Notes: a model not told the origin generated them from the sequence alone. DNA of 45,635 nt from Candidatus Rokuibacteriota bacterium (GCA_044866005.1 JBIOTN010000127.1:1-45635), one strand, 5' to 3'; shown: positions 9,696 to 18,812, counted from the stretch's first letter. A program made the numbers and translations.

Positions 9696-10706
9696 GTGAG
9701 CGCCGTGGCGATCCCCGTCGCATCGTGGCAGGCGCGCGCCGGGCTCGCGCTCGGGGCCGTCGCGCTCGTCGCCCCGCTCGTCGCGCCCAACGACTACTGG
9801 GTCGGCGTGATGGCGCGGATCTGTCTCTACACGACGCTGGCCCTCGGGCTGAACATCGTCGTGGGCTTCGCCGGTCTGCTCGACCTCGGATACGTCGCCT
9901 TCTTCGGCATCGGCTCGTACCTCTACGCCTTCCTCGCCTCACCCCACTTCGGCGTCCACCTGCCGTTCCTCGTGGCCGTGCCGATCGTCGTCGCGGTGAC
10001 CGCGCTGTCCGGGATCCTGATCGGCGCGCCGACCCTGCGCCTCCGTGGCGACTACCTGGCGATCGTCACCCTCGGGTTCGGCGAGATCACGTACCTGCTC
10101 CTCATCAACCTGGACCGGCCCGTGAACATCACCGGAGGCCCGAGCGGCATCGTGGGCATCGACCCGCCCACGCTCGCCGGCTTTCGCGTCATCCGCAACA
10201 CCGAGTACTACTACCTGTTCCTGGGCGGCCTGGCGCTCGCCCTCTTCGCCTCCGCCCGGCTTCGCAGCTCGCGCATCGGCTGGGCCTGGCAGGCGATCCG
10301 TGAGGACGAGCTGGCGGCGCGCCTCATGGGGATCAATACCACGGCGGCGAAGCTCCAGGCCTTCGCGATCGGCGCCTCGTTCGCCGGCATCGGCGGAAGC
10401 CTCCTCGCCTCCTGGCAGCGGTCGGTCTTCCCGGACAACTTCCTGTTCACCGAGTCCATCAACATCCTGGCCATGGTCATCCTGGGCGGGATGGGGAACC
10501 TCCTCGGCGTGGTGGTCGGGGCCAGTGCCCTGGTGGCCCTGCCGGAGATCTTCCGGGACTTCCAGGCCTACCGGCTCCTCGCCTTCGGGCTCCTGCTGAT
10601 GGTGGTGATGGTGTTCCGGCCGCAGGGTCTCCTGACGCGGGAGGGCCGACGCGCGGCGGCGGAGGGCGTGCCCGTCCCCGACGAGGAGCTCGAGACGAAG
10701 GCCTGA
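9696..10706 (+). CDS. livM: Branched-chain amino acid ABC transporter permease (LivM-like)
   Basis: Start reassigned to GTG 9696; GLNIVVGFAGLLDLGYVAFF, LRLRGDYLAIVTLGFGEI, AIREDE. Confidence 0.92.
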   Translation: MSAVAIPVASWQARAGLALGAVALVAPLVAPNDYWVGVMARICLYTTLALGLNIVVGFAGLLDLGYVAFFGIGSYLYAFLASPHFGVHLPFLVAVPIVVAVTALSGILIGAPTLRLRGDYLAIVTLGFGEITYLLLINLDRPVNITGGPSGIVGIDPPTLAGFRVIRNTEYYYLFLGGLALALFASARLRSSRIGWAWQAIREDELAARLMGINTTAAKLQAFAIGASFAGIGGSLLASWQRSVFPDNFLFTESINILAMVILGGMGNLLGVVVGASALVALPEIFRDFQAYRLLAFGLLLMVVMVFRPQGLLTREGRRAAAEGVPVPDEELETKA

Positions 10707-10840
10707 GACCCGTCTCCATCGCACCGGGCCGGAAGCGACGCGTACCGGCTCGGCGCCGCGGGTGACGGAGCCCGGCCGGACCGGGGCGAGCCGGCGGCAG
10801 GACCTGCGGCGGTGAGGCGCGAGGATGCCGGACGCGACGG

Positions 10841-11707
10841 TCAGCGGCCCGAGGCGGCGTAGTGGTCGAGGATGAAGCCCGCGATGCTGTGGCGGGACGG
10901 CCGGTTCGGCAGCGCGTCGCCCGGGAACCAGCGGGCGTCCTCCAGCTCGTCCCGGTCGATCCGGAGCTCGCCGCCGGCGTAGCGCGCGACGAACCCGACC
11001 ATGAGCTGGCTCGGGAAGGGCCAGTTCTGGCTCCCCACGTACCGGAGATCGGTCACCTCGACCCCGACCTCTTCCCGCACCTCGCGATGAACGGCGCCCT
11101 CGAGCGACTCGCCGTTGTCCACGAACCCCGCGACCAGGCCGTAGCGGCCGGGCGCCCAGCCCGCCTTCCGGGTGAGCAGGCAGCGGTCCCCGTCCCGGAC
11201 CAGCACGATGACGGCGGGGTGGAGGTGGGGGAAGTGCTCGTAGCGGCAGCGCGGGCAGCGCTTTCCCCACTCGCCCGGGATCCGCTCCGTCGGCGCGCCG
11301 CACCGGGGACAGTGGCCGCTCGTGCTCTCCCAGTGGAGGGCCTGGAGCGCGATGCCGCCGAGCGAGAGGAGGTCGTCGGGCAGCCGCGTGCCCTGCATCG
11401 GCACGAGCGTCTCGCGGGCGAACCCGGCCGGCAGCGCGGCGTCGGCCGGCAGGGCCGCGACCCAGCACGGCGTGCCGCCGAGCGTCCCGAGGCAGAGCGG
11501 CCGCTCCAGCCGGCCGTCGAAGCCGGGGGGGAGATCGCCCACCGGGAGGCGGAACGGCGCGGCCTCTCCCAGGACGACGAGCCCCTGGCCCTGCACGATG
11601 AGCCAGTGGCCGCGCGGCTCGAGGCCGGCCTCGGAGAGCTTCGCCGGGACGAAGGTGTCGCCCAGGCAGTCGCGATTGAAGGGGAGGTAGACCGTGAGCG
11701 GCGTCAT
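10841..11707 (-). CDS. nudC: NAD(H) diphosphatase / NAD-capped RNA hydrolase
   Basis: Zn ribbon CPRCG..CPRC, Nudix box GFVDNGESLEGAVHREVREEVG, SQNWPFPSQLM signature; start ATG 11707. Confidence 0.92.
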   Translation of the reverse strand: MTPLTVYLPFNRDCLGDTFVPAKLSEAGLEPRGHWLIVQGQGLVVLGEAAPFRLPVGDLPPGFDGRLERPLCLGTLGGTPCWVAALPADAALPAGFARETLVPMQGTRLPDDLLSLGGIALQALHWESTSGHCPRCGAPTERIPGEWGKRCPRCRYEHFPHLHPAVIVLVRDGDRCLLTRKAGWAPGRYGLVAGFVDNGESLEGAVHREVREEVGVEVTDLRYVGSQNWPFPSQLMVGFVARYAGGELRIDRDELEDARWFPGDALPNRPSRHSIAGFILDHYAASGR

Positions 11708-11775
11708 GGCCTCGCCTGGGATGGTACCGCGACGCCGGGGCCGGCCCAAGCCCCGACCCGCCCCGACCCGCCAGC

Positions 11776-11804
11776 TTGACGCGGCCCCGCTTTGGCCGGA
11801 TAGT
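11776..11804 (+). promoter_or_regulatory. Putative sigma70 promoter of YbaK-family gene
   Basis: TTGACG (11776-11781), 17-nt spacer, GATAGT (11799-11804). Confidence 0.45.
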
Positions 11805-11814
11805 GGGCCCTTGC

Positions 11815-12333
11815 ATGGCTCCGGCACCCATGACGAGCTGGAACGACGCCGAGCGGACGGCGCAGGCCACGCTCGACCGGCTCGGCGTCCCGTACGAGGT
11901 CATCACGATCGACCCCGCCTTCGCCGACACCGCGGCCTTCTGCGAGCGGTACGGCTACCCCGCGGACCACGCCGGCAACACGATCGTCGTCGCCTCCAAG
12001 AAGGAGCCGAAGCGCCATGCGGCGTGCGTCGTGCTGGCGACGACGCGGCTCGACGTGAACCACGCGGTGCGCGACCTTCTGGGCGTGTCGAAGGTCTCGT
12101 TCGCCTCCGCCGAGGAGACGGAGCAGGTGACCGGGATGGCGATCGGCGGGGTCACCGTGTTCGGCCTCCCCGACGGACTGCCCCTCTACGTGGACGAGCG
12201 GGTGATGCGACTCGACTACGTCATCTTCGGCTCGGGCGGCCGCAACGGGAAGGTCAAGGTGACGCCCGACGTGCTCAGGCGGCTGCCGAACGCGCGGGTC
12301 GTGCCCGGGCTCGCCCTCGAGCGCACCGGCTGA
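11815..12333 (+). CDS. YbaK/EbsC family aminoacyl-tRNA editing domain protein
   Basis: DPAFADTAAFC, KVSFASAEETEQVTGMAIGGVTVFGL, GSGGRNGKV; start ATG 11815 or 11830. Confidence 0.85.
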   Translation: MAPAPMTSWNDAERTAQATLDRLGVPYEVITIDPAFADTAAFCERYGYPADHAGNTIVVASKKEPKRHAACVVLATTRLDVNHAVRDLLGVSKVSFASAEETEQVTGMAIGGVTVFGLPDGLPLYVDERVMRLDYVIFGSGGRNGKVKVTPDVLRRLPNARVVPGLALERTG

Positions 12334-12335
12334 CG

Positions 12336-12728
12336 ATGGCGCGACGGCTCGCGGCACTGCTCGGACTTCTGCTGCTGGCCGGCTGCGGCGGCGGCTCGTC
12401 GTCCGGCGGCCCGAGCGGCCCCACGGATCCCGACCTGACCGTCCGGGTGGAGGGCGAGACGCTCGTCGCGGTCGACAGCCGGCTCTGCCACGTCCGCGGC
12501 ACGCTCCGCAACATCACGGCCAGCGACACGCTCGACGTGACCATGCGCTGGCAGGCCATCTCCGCGTCCGAGAAGCTCCTCGGACGGACGGCGATCGTGG
12601 TGGGCGGGCTCCTCCCGGGCACGGCCCAGGACTTCGAGACCACGGCCTTCATCAGCAGCGACAGCCTCATCCCGTGCTCCTCGATCGCGCGCTTCGAGCG
12701 GTTCGAGACGATCATCCATCCGCGGTGA
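12336..12728 (+). CDS. Hypothetical lipoprotein (beta-sandwich, FxLYD-like)
   Basis: Lipobox LLLAG-C then Gly/Ser linker; VRGTLRN and LLPGTAQDFE; starts 2 nt after the ybaK stop. Confidence 0.7.
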   Translation: MARRLAALLGLLLLAGCGGGSSSGGPSGPTDPDLTVRVEGETLVAVDSRLCHVRGTLRNITASDTLDVTMRWQAISASEKLLGRTAIVVGGLLPGTAQDFETTAFISSDSLIPCSSIARFERFETIIHPR

Positions 12729-12774
12729 GACCGTCCGCGAGCCGACGCCACGCGGGCCGGTCGCGTGTTTGGCA

Positions 12775-12803
12775 TTGACTCGACTCACCCTTGCGGCCAG
12801 AAT
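12775..12803 (+). promoter_or_regulatory. Sigma70-type promoter of pilus motor operon
   Basis: TTGACT (12775-12780), 17-nt spacer, CAGAAT (12798-12803). Confidence 0.55.
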
Positions 12804-12828
12804 ATGGCCGCCCCCAGGGAGGGCCCGC

Positions 12829-13008
12829 GTGGAACGGTTCATCGAGACCCTGCTCGGCAAAGACGTCTACGTCAAGCTCGGCAAGGACTGGAACGTCCAG
12901 GGCCGGCTGGCGCGCATCGAGGAAGGCGGCCTCGTGCTGGAGCGCCACGGGATCCCGCCGATCTTCGTGGCCCTCTCCCGGGTGGGCACGATCGAGGAGG
13001 CGCGGTAG
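12829..13008 (+). CDS. Small protein (59 aa), probable Sm/LSm-like fold
   Basis: AGGGAGG SD then GTG; LLGKDVYVKL...VQGRLARIEEGGLVLE...IFVALSRVGTIE follows the Sm1/Sm2 pattern; coupled to the next gene. Confidence 0.6.
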   Translation: MERFIETLLGKDVYVKLGKDWNVQGRLARIEEGGLVLERHGIPPIFVALSRVGTIEEAR

Positions 13009-13009
13009 G

Positions 13010-13411
13010 GTGGGCAACCGTCCGGCGGAGCCGGCCGGCCGGCTGGTGCTCGTCGCCGACGACGACGCGGCGGTCCGCGACCTCGTCTGCGAGGTGCTTC
13101 AGGAAGCCGGGTTCCGCACCCTGGTCGCCACGGACGGCGAAGAGGTGACGGAGCAGGCGCGCGCGCATCGGCCCGCGCTCATCATCCTGGACGTGATGAT
13201 GCCCAACGTGGACGGCTACACGACCCTCACGCGGCTCCGCTCCGACCCCCGGACTGGCGAGATTCCGGTGATCATCCTCACCGGACAGGCCGAGCCGCTC
13301 TATCGCACCCTGAGCGCCGGCGTCGGCGCCGTCGCCCACCTCACCAAGCCCTTCTCCCCCGGCCACCTGACCGAGACCGTGCGCCGGGTCCTCGACGCGA
13401 GCGGGCGGTGA
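13010..13411 (+). CDS. Single-domain response regulator (CheY/PilH-like)
   Basis: GAGGAGG SD then GTG 13010; VLVADDD, IILDVMMP, IILTG, LTKPF. Confidence 0.88.
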   Translation: MGNRPAEPAGRLVLVADDDAAVRDLVCEVLQEAGFRTLVATDGEEVTEQARAHRPALIILDVMMPNVDGYTTLTRLRSDPRTGEIPVIILTGQAEPLYRTLSAGVGAVAHLTKPFSPGHLTETVRRVLDASGR

Positions 13412-14814
13412 ACGAAGAGTTCAAGCGCCGCCTCGGCGAGATCCTGGTCGAGCGGGGATTCGTCTCGCCCGAGAAGCTGCGCGAGGCCATCCGGGTCCAG
13501 CAGCAGCAGGGGCGGCGGCTCGGGGAGGTCCTCCTGGAGATGGAGGCGCTCTCGGCCGACGAGCTCAACTGGGCGCTCTCGGAGCTCCTGGGCATCCCGT
13601 ACGTCGAGTTCCGCGACGAGATGGTCGACCTCGACCTGGCGCGCACGCTGCCGGAAGAGGTCTTGCGGCGGCAGCAGGCGTTTCCGGTGCTGCGCGTGGG
13701 GAACGAGCTGACCGTCATCCTGGCGGATCCCCTGAACGAGCAGGCGGTCGTCGAGCTCGAGGCGTTGACCGGGGCGAAGGTCGCCACCGCGATCGCCGCG
13801 CGCGAGACGATCGTCCACCTCCTGGACAAGGCGTTTCCGCCGACGGCGAGCCGCCCCGGCGGCGTGCGGTACGCCGAGGTCGGCGGCCCCACGGCGACCC
13901 CCCTGGAGAGCGATCCCACGGGCGTCGCCCAGGTCTACGCGCTGCTCCTCGGGGCGCTGCGCGAGGACGCGACCGAGATCCACATCGACCCGCTGCCCGA
14001 GGAGGTCCGGGTCCGGTACCGCGTCGACGGTCGGCTCGTCGAGCGGGCCCGGCTCCCGAAGACTCTGCTGGCCGCCGTGGTCTCGCGCTTCCGCATCCTG
14101 GCCGGCCTCCGCGGCGAGAGCCTGCCCCGCCAGGCGCAGGTGCGGACGCGACTGGAGCGCCAGGAGGTGGAGCTCGACCTCCTCTTCTTTCCCACGCTCA
14201 ACGGCGAAGCGGTCTCCGTGGGGATCTCGCCGCGCGGCCTCGGACCGCCGGCGCTGGACGCCTTCGACGTCGACAAGGGCGCGCGCGACGCGCTGACGCG
14301 GCTCCTGGCCGGCAGCGGCGTCGTCTTCGTCACCGGACGCCCGCGCGACCGCGCGGCGCTCCTCTATGCGCTGGCGCAGGCGGCCGCCGCGCCGACGAAG
14401 AAGGTCGTCACCGTCGAGCGCGCGGTCTCCTTCGTGGTGCCGGAGTTCGCGCAGGTCGAGCTGCCGGGCGAGTTCGGCGAGGGTGCCGCGACGATCCTCT
14501 CGCACCCGGCGGACGTGATCCTCGTCGAGGACCTCGGCGCCGCGCCGGCCTGCCTCGCCGCCCTGGGGAGCGCCGAGCGCGGCGCGCTCGTGCTGGCCGG
14601 GCTTCCCGCCGGCACCAACGCGGCGGGGCTCGCCCAGCTCCTGGCCCTCGACCTCCCGCGCGGCGCGCTGCTCGCCGGGACCACGGGCCTCGCCAGCGTG
14701 CAGCGCCAGGGGGGGCGACAGCACGTCGCGGTCCTCCCGATGACGGACGACCTCCGGCAGGAGCTCGTCGCACGACACGGACGTCAGGACTCGTGGACAT
14801 CTCGGATCTCCTGA
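13408..14814 (+). CDS. PilB/GspE-like protein with N-terminal MshEN domain and degenerate (inactive) ATPase domain
   Basis: RLGEILVERG..RLGEVLLE MshEN repeats; ATEIHIDP/RYRVDG N2 domain; Walker A reads VTGRPRDRAAL with no GKT/S. Confidence 0.85.
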   Translation: MNEEFKRRLGEILVERGFVSPEKLREAIRVQQQQGRRLGEVLLEMEALSADELNWALSELLGIPYVEFRDEMVDLDLARTLPEEVLRRQQAFPVLRVGNELTVILADPLNEQAVVELEALTGAKVATAIAARETIVHLLDKAFPPTASRPGGVRYAEVGGPTATPLESDPTGVAQVYALLLGALREDATEIHIDPLPEEVRVRYRVDGRLVERARLPKTLLAAVVSRFRILAGLRGESLPRQAQVRTRLERQEVELDLLFFPTLNGEAVSVGISPRGLGPPALDAFDVDKGARDALTRLLAGSGVVFVTGRPRDRAALLYALAQAAAAPTKKVVTVERAVSFVVPEFAQVELPGEFGEGAATILSHPADVILVEDLGAAPACLAALGSAERGALVLAGLPAGTNAAGLAQLLALDLPRGALLAGTTGLASVQRQGGRQHVAVLPMTDDLRQELVARHGRQDSWTSRIS

Positions 14815-15887
14815 TCCAGACGAAGGAGCGGGGCGGCTCCGACCTTCACCTCGCCGCCGGAGCGCGGCCGATGATGCGCCTGCACGGCGACCTGACGCCG
14901 GTGGACGGCGCGCCGCTGTCGCGCGACGCCGTGCACCGGATGATCTACGAGATCCTGAACGACGACCAGCGGCGAGCGTTCGAGGAGGTGCGCGACCTCG
15001 ACTTCGCCATCGAGCTGGGTGAGATCGCCCGCTTCCGCGTCAACGTCTTCAACCAGCGGAACGGGGAAGGCGCCGTGTTCCGCGTGATCCCGACCCAGAT
15101 CCGCTCGTTCCAGGAGCTGGGGCTCCCGGACGTCGTGCAGACGCTGGCGCTGCGCGAGAACGGCCTCGTGCTGGTCACCGGGCCCACCGGCTCGGGGAAG
15201 TCGACGACGCTGGCGGCGATGATCGACCTCATCAACTCCACGACGAAGAAGCACATCATCACGCTCGAGGACCCCATCGAGTTCGTGCACAAGTCCAAGA
15301 GCTGCCTGGTGAACCAGCGCGAGATCGGCCCGCACACGAAGTCGTTCGCCTCGGCGCTCCGCGCCGCCCTGCGCGAGGACCCCGACGTGATCCTCGTCGG
15401 GGAGATGCGGGATCTCGAGACGATCAGCCTGGCGCTGACCGCGGCGGAGACCGGCCACCTCGTGTTCGGGACGCTCCACACGAAGAGCGCGCCGAAGACG
15501 ATCGACCGCGTCATCGACGCGTTTCCGCCCGGCCAGCAGCAGCAGATCCGCGTCCAGCTCGCCGAGGCGCTGCAGGGCGTGGTCTCGCAGCTCTTGCTGC
15601 CGACGAAGGACAAGAAGGGCCGGGTCGCGGCGCTCGAGATCATGGTCGCGACCATCGCCATCCGGAATCTGATCCGCGAGAGCAAGACGCACCAGATGCC
15701 GTCGGCCATCCAGACCGGGACGGCGCTGGGAATGCAGAGCCTGGAGCAAGCGCTGAAGACGCTCGTGATGCAGAGCCGGGTGGACCGGGCGCACGCCGAG
15801 TCGATCCTCCAGTCCTCGTCCGCCGGCTCGGCCACCCTCGGCGCCGCGGGGGGCACGCCGGCCGCGGCCGGGGCCGCCGCCCGCTGA
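14793..15887 (+). CDS. pilT: Type IV pilus retraction ATPase PilT
   Basis: GSDLHL, GPTGSGKSTT, TLEDPIE, LREDPDVILVGEMRD, GHLVFGTLH, AIRNLIRE signature. Confidence 0.95.
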   Translation: MDISDLLIQTKERGGSDLHLAAGARPMMRLHGDLTPVDGAPLSRDAVHRMIYEILNDDQRRAFEEVRDLDFAIELGEIARFRVNVFNQRNGEGAVFRVIPTQIRSFQELGLPDVVQTLALRENGLVLVTGPTGSGKSTTLAAMIDLINSTTKKHIITLEDPIEFVHKSKSCLVNQREIGPHTKSFASALRAALREDPDVILVGEMRDLETISLALTAAETGHLVFGTLHTKSAPKTIDRVIDAFPPGQQQQIRVQLAEALQGVVSQLLLPTKDKKGRVAALEIMVATIAIRNLIRESKTHQMPSAIQTGTALGMQSLEQALKTLVMQSRVDRAHAESILQSSSAGSATLGAAGGTPAAAGAAAR

Positions 15888-15898
15888 GGACGACCCAC

Positions 15899-16966
15899 AT
15901 GGCGGAGCTCGACCCGATCCTGAGCGCCGCGGTCAGCTCGAACGCTTCCGACGTCTACCTCATCGAAGGCTCGCCGCCGACCGCCAAGGTGGACGGCGTC
16001 GCCGCGCCGCTCGACCAGGCCCCGCCGCTCACGCGGCTGGATTTACAGAAGCTCCTGATCCTCCTGATGCCGGAAGCCCAGCGGAAGGCTTTCGAGGCGA
16101 CCGGCGAGGCGAACCTCTCCTACGTCCACCCGACCTTCGGCCGCTTCCGCCTGAACGCCTATCGCGCGCTCGGCGCGACCGGCCTCGTCCTCCGACGGGT
16201 GAAGACGGAGGTGCCCACCTTCGAGGCCCTCGCCTTGCCGCCGCTCCTGGGCACCCTCGCGCTCGAGCGTCAGGGCTTGATCCTCGTGGTCGGCGCGACC
16301 GGCGCGGGGAAGTCGACGACCGTCGCCGCCATGGTCGATCACCGCAACGCGGGCGCCCCCGGCCACATCGTCACCATCGAGGACCCGGTCGAGTTCATCC
16401 ACCCCCGGAAGCAGAGCGTCGTCTCGCAGCGGGAGGTGGGGATCGACACGGAGTCCTACGCGGTCGCCCTGCAGAACGCCCTGCGCCAGGCCCCCGACGT
16501 CATCTTCGTCGGCGAGCTGCGTGATCCCGAGACGGTCGCCATTGCGCTCCACTCCGCCGAGACCGGCCACCTCGTCCTCTCCACGCTCCACGCGACGAAC
16601 GCGACGGGCGCCATCGAGCGACTCCTGAACTTCTTCAAGCCCGACGTGCGGGACTCGATCCTCATGCAGCTCTCGCTCATGCTCCGCGCCGTCGTTGCCC
16701 AGCGGCTGGTCCCGCGCGCGGACGGGACCGGGCGCGTCGCGGCGATGGAGATCATGCTGAACACCCCGCGGATCCAGGCGCTGATCCGGCGGGGTGAGCT
16801 GGAGACGATCCGCCAGGCGATCGAGGAAGGCGTGAACGAAGGGCTCCAGACGTTCGACCACGCGCTCCTGACGCTCTTCCAGCAGAAGCAGATCAGCCAG
16901 GACGCGGCGCTCCAGTTCGCCGACAGCCCGAACAATCTTCGCCTCCGCATCAAAGGCATCAAGTAA
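15899..16966 (+). CDS. pilU: PilT/PilU family twitching motility ATPase (PilU-like)
   Basis: GATGAGKSTT, TIEDPVE, RQAPDVIFVGELRD, GHLVLSTLH; lacks AIRNLIRE; directly downstream of pilT. Confidence 0.8.
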   Translation: MAELDPILSAAVSSNASDVYLIEGSPPTAKVDGVAAPLDQAPPLTRLDLQKLLILLMPEAQRKAFEATGEANLSYVHPTFGRFRLNAYRALGATGLVLRRVKTEVPTFEALALPPLLGTLALERQGLILVVGATGAGKSTTVAAMVDHRNAGAPGHIVTIEDPVEFIHPRKQSVVSQREVGIDTESYAVALQNALRQAPDVIFVGELRDPETVAIALHSAETGHLVLSTLHATNATGAIERLLNFFKPDVRDSILMQLSLMLRAVVAQRLVPRADGTGRVAAMEIMLNTPRIQALIRRGELETIRQAIEEGVNEGLQTFDHALLTLFQQKQISQDAALQFADSPNNLRLRIKGIK

Positions 16967-16969
16967 TCG

Positions 16970-17034
16970 TCGGGGGGGGGCCGCCCCTCCCACGCCTCCC
17001 CCGGGACCGTTGCGCGGGCGGAGCCCGCGCGCGA
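16970..17034 (+). repeat. Degenerate copy of the intergenic hairpin repeat
   Basis: TCGGGGGGGGGCCGCCCCTCCCACGCCTCCCCC...TTGCGCGGGCGGAGCCCGCGC, starting 3 nt after the pilU stop. Confidence 0.55.
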
Positions 17035-17142
17035 CGCGTCCGGATCAACGGCTGCGGCCTTCCAGCGGCTGGCCGCCCGAATGGCGCTGGTGGACGCCCC
17101 GGCCGCGGGTGGCGCCGGACCGGGGCAAGCCGGCGACAGGCC

Positions 17143-17185
17143 CCGCGGCCGGGGCCCGCGGGGGTCCGCGGCCGGGGCCCGCGGG
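17143..17185. repeat. 20-bp direct repeat (2 copies)
   Basis: CCGCGGCCGGGGCCCGCGGG at 17143-17162 and 17166-17185. Confidence 0.6.
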
Positions 17186-17190
17186 CGGGG

Positions 17191-17859
17191 TCAGCGGGCG
17201 AGGATGTCGCGGAGGAGCGGCTCGAGCTTCGCGGCGAGGCGGGCGTGGCCCTCCTCGTTCGGGTGGAGGCCGTCGGTCGTCAGGTTCGGGACCACGCCGT
17301 CGAGGAAATCCTCCACCAGCCAGGCCCCTTCGTCCTCGGCGATCCGGCGAAAGCCCGTGCGGTAGTCCTCGCCGCCGAGGGCGCTCAGGCTGATGTGGAC
17401 GAGCACGACGCCCGCGCCGCTCTCCCGCACGCGGTGCACGATCGCCTGCAGGTTCCGCAAGGTCTCCTCGCGCGGCAGGCGCCGGAAGACGTCGTTGACG
17501 CCCAGCTCGACGACCACGAGCTGCGGCCGGTGGACGAGGACGTCCGTCTCGAGGCGGCGGACGCCCCCGGCGGTGAGATCGCCCGAGATCCCGGCATTCC
17601 GGACGGGGACCCCGAGCGTCGCCCCGAGCCGGAGCGGGAACGTGGTCTCGAGCGGCAGGCCGTGCCCGGAGGTGATGCTGTCCCCGAGGAACACCACGGT
17701 CCCGCTGCCCCGCTCGGGCGGCGGCGGGCGCACGCCTCGCGTGGGCCACCAGTAGGAGGCCGCGATGGCGAGGAGCGCGAGCGCCGCCACCGCGGCCGGC
17801 GCGCGCCAGGTCGCGGGGCGCCGCGCGCCGCGCGGATCGGGGATCCGGCCGGTCGGCAC
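17191..17859 (-). CDS. SGNH/GDSL arylesterase (TesA-like), membrane-anchored
   Basis: FLGDSITSG, NAGISGD, ELGVND, DGLHPN; N-terminal hydrophobic segment; start GTG 17859 inferred. Confidence 0.88.
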   Translation of the reverse strand: MPTGRIPDPRGARRPATWRAPAAVAALALLAIAASYWWPTRGVRPPPPERGSGTVVFLGDSITSGHGLPLETTFPLRLGATLGVPVRNAGISGDLTAGGVRRLETDVLVHRPQLVVVELGVNDVFRRLPREETLRNLQAIVHRVRESGAGVVLVHISLSALGGEDYRTGFRRIAEDEGAWLVEDFLDGVVPNLTTDGLHPNEEGHARLAAKLEPLLRDILAR

Positions 17860-17933
17860 GGCCCGATGGTGCCTCGGGACCGCCGGGCGGTGCAAGCGGC
17901 GCCGCCAGCCGCTATACTCGCGCCGGAGCCGCC

Positions 17934-18812
17934 TTGCCCGACCGCCGCGTCCCGACCTACCTGCTCCTCGTCGTGGTCGTCCTCATCTGGGGCAGCTACC
18001 CCACCCTCGTGAAGATCGCCCTCCGCGACATGCCGCCGTTCACGCTCGCTGCGCTCCGCTGCACGCTCGCCTCGGCCATCCTGGCCGTGCTCTTCTGGCG
18101 CGGGCACGGCCAGCAGCCGATCACCCGCGCCGACCTCGCGGACCTCCTCGTCCTCGGCGTCGCCGGCATCACGGTCTCGACCGGGATCTTCTACCTCGCC
18201 GTCGCGCTCACCACCGCCTCGAACGCGGTCATCCTCACGGCGTCGACGCCCGTCCTCGTGGCGGTGGGCGGCCATCTCTTCTTCGGGGAGCGCCTGCGCC
18301 GCCGCCAGTGGCTGGGGGTGGCCTGCTCCGGGGCCGGCGTGCTCCTGACCGTGACGCGCGGGGACCTTCGCGTCCTCGAGGCGCCGCCCCACGCCGGCGA
18401 TGGCATCGCGCTCGTCGGCCAGACGGCCTGGGCCGTCTACACCCTCTACGGCAAGCGCGTGCTCACGCGGCTGTCGCCGCGCGCCGCCACGACCGGGGCC
18501 TACCTGATCGGCACCGCCTTCCTGATCCCGCTCGCCCTCATCACCGCGCCGGCCTTCCCCCCGGCCGTCCTCGGCTCGGGCGCCGCCTGGACCGTGGTCG
18601 TGTTCCAGGGCACGCTCGGCACCCTCTCCCACGTCTGGTACTACCGCGGCGTGCAGACCGTCGGGCCGTCGGTCACCGCGATCTTCCTGAACCTCCAGCC
18701 GCTCGTCGGCGTGCTCCTCGCGACGCTCGTCCTCGGGGAAACCGTCTCGCCGGCGCAGGGGCTCGGGGCCGCGGCCATTCTCCTCGGCGTGTGGCTGACC
18801 ACGCGCCGGTGA
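17934..18812 (+). CDS. DMT/EamA family transporter
   Basis: IWGSYPTLVKIAL..PPFTLAALR, FFGERL, LNLQPLVGVLLA..LGE; about 10 TM segments; TATACT at 17913-17918. Confidence 0.88.
   Translation: MPDRRVPTYLLLVVVVLIWGSYPTLVKIALRDMPPFTLAALRCTLASAILAVLFWRGHGQQPITRADLADLLVLGVAGITVSTGIFYLAVALTTASNAVILTASTPVLVAVGGHLFFGERLRRRQWLGVACSGAGVLLTVTRGDLRVLEAPPHAGDGIALVGQTAWAVYTLYGKRVLTRLSPRAATTGAYLIGTAFLIPLALITAPAFPPAVLGSGAAWTVVVFQGTLGTLSHVWYYRGVQTVGPSVTAIFLNLQPLVGVLLATLVLGETVSPAQGLGAAAILLGVWLTTRR

Noticed and set aside
7935..10706. 923-aa LivM fusion (likewise the 824-aa NagZ ORF at 31401-33875)
   Set aside because: The extensions overlap real genes in other frames and are low-complexity; starts were reassigned.
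11751..11770. Tandem CCCCGACCCG x2 in the nudC/ybaK divergent region
   Set aside because: Short, low-complexity and plausible by chance in GC-rich DNA.
13408..14814. pilB pseudogene or frameshift artefact
   Set aside because: The frame is continuous, homology stays collinear through the altered motifs, codons remain GC3-biased, and it is coupled to both neighbours.
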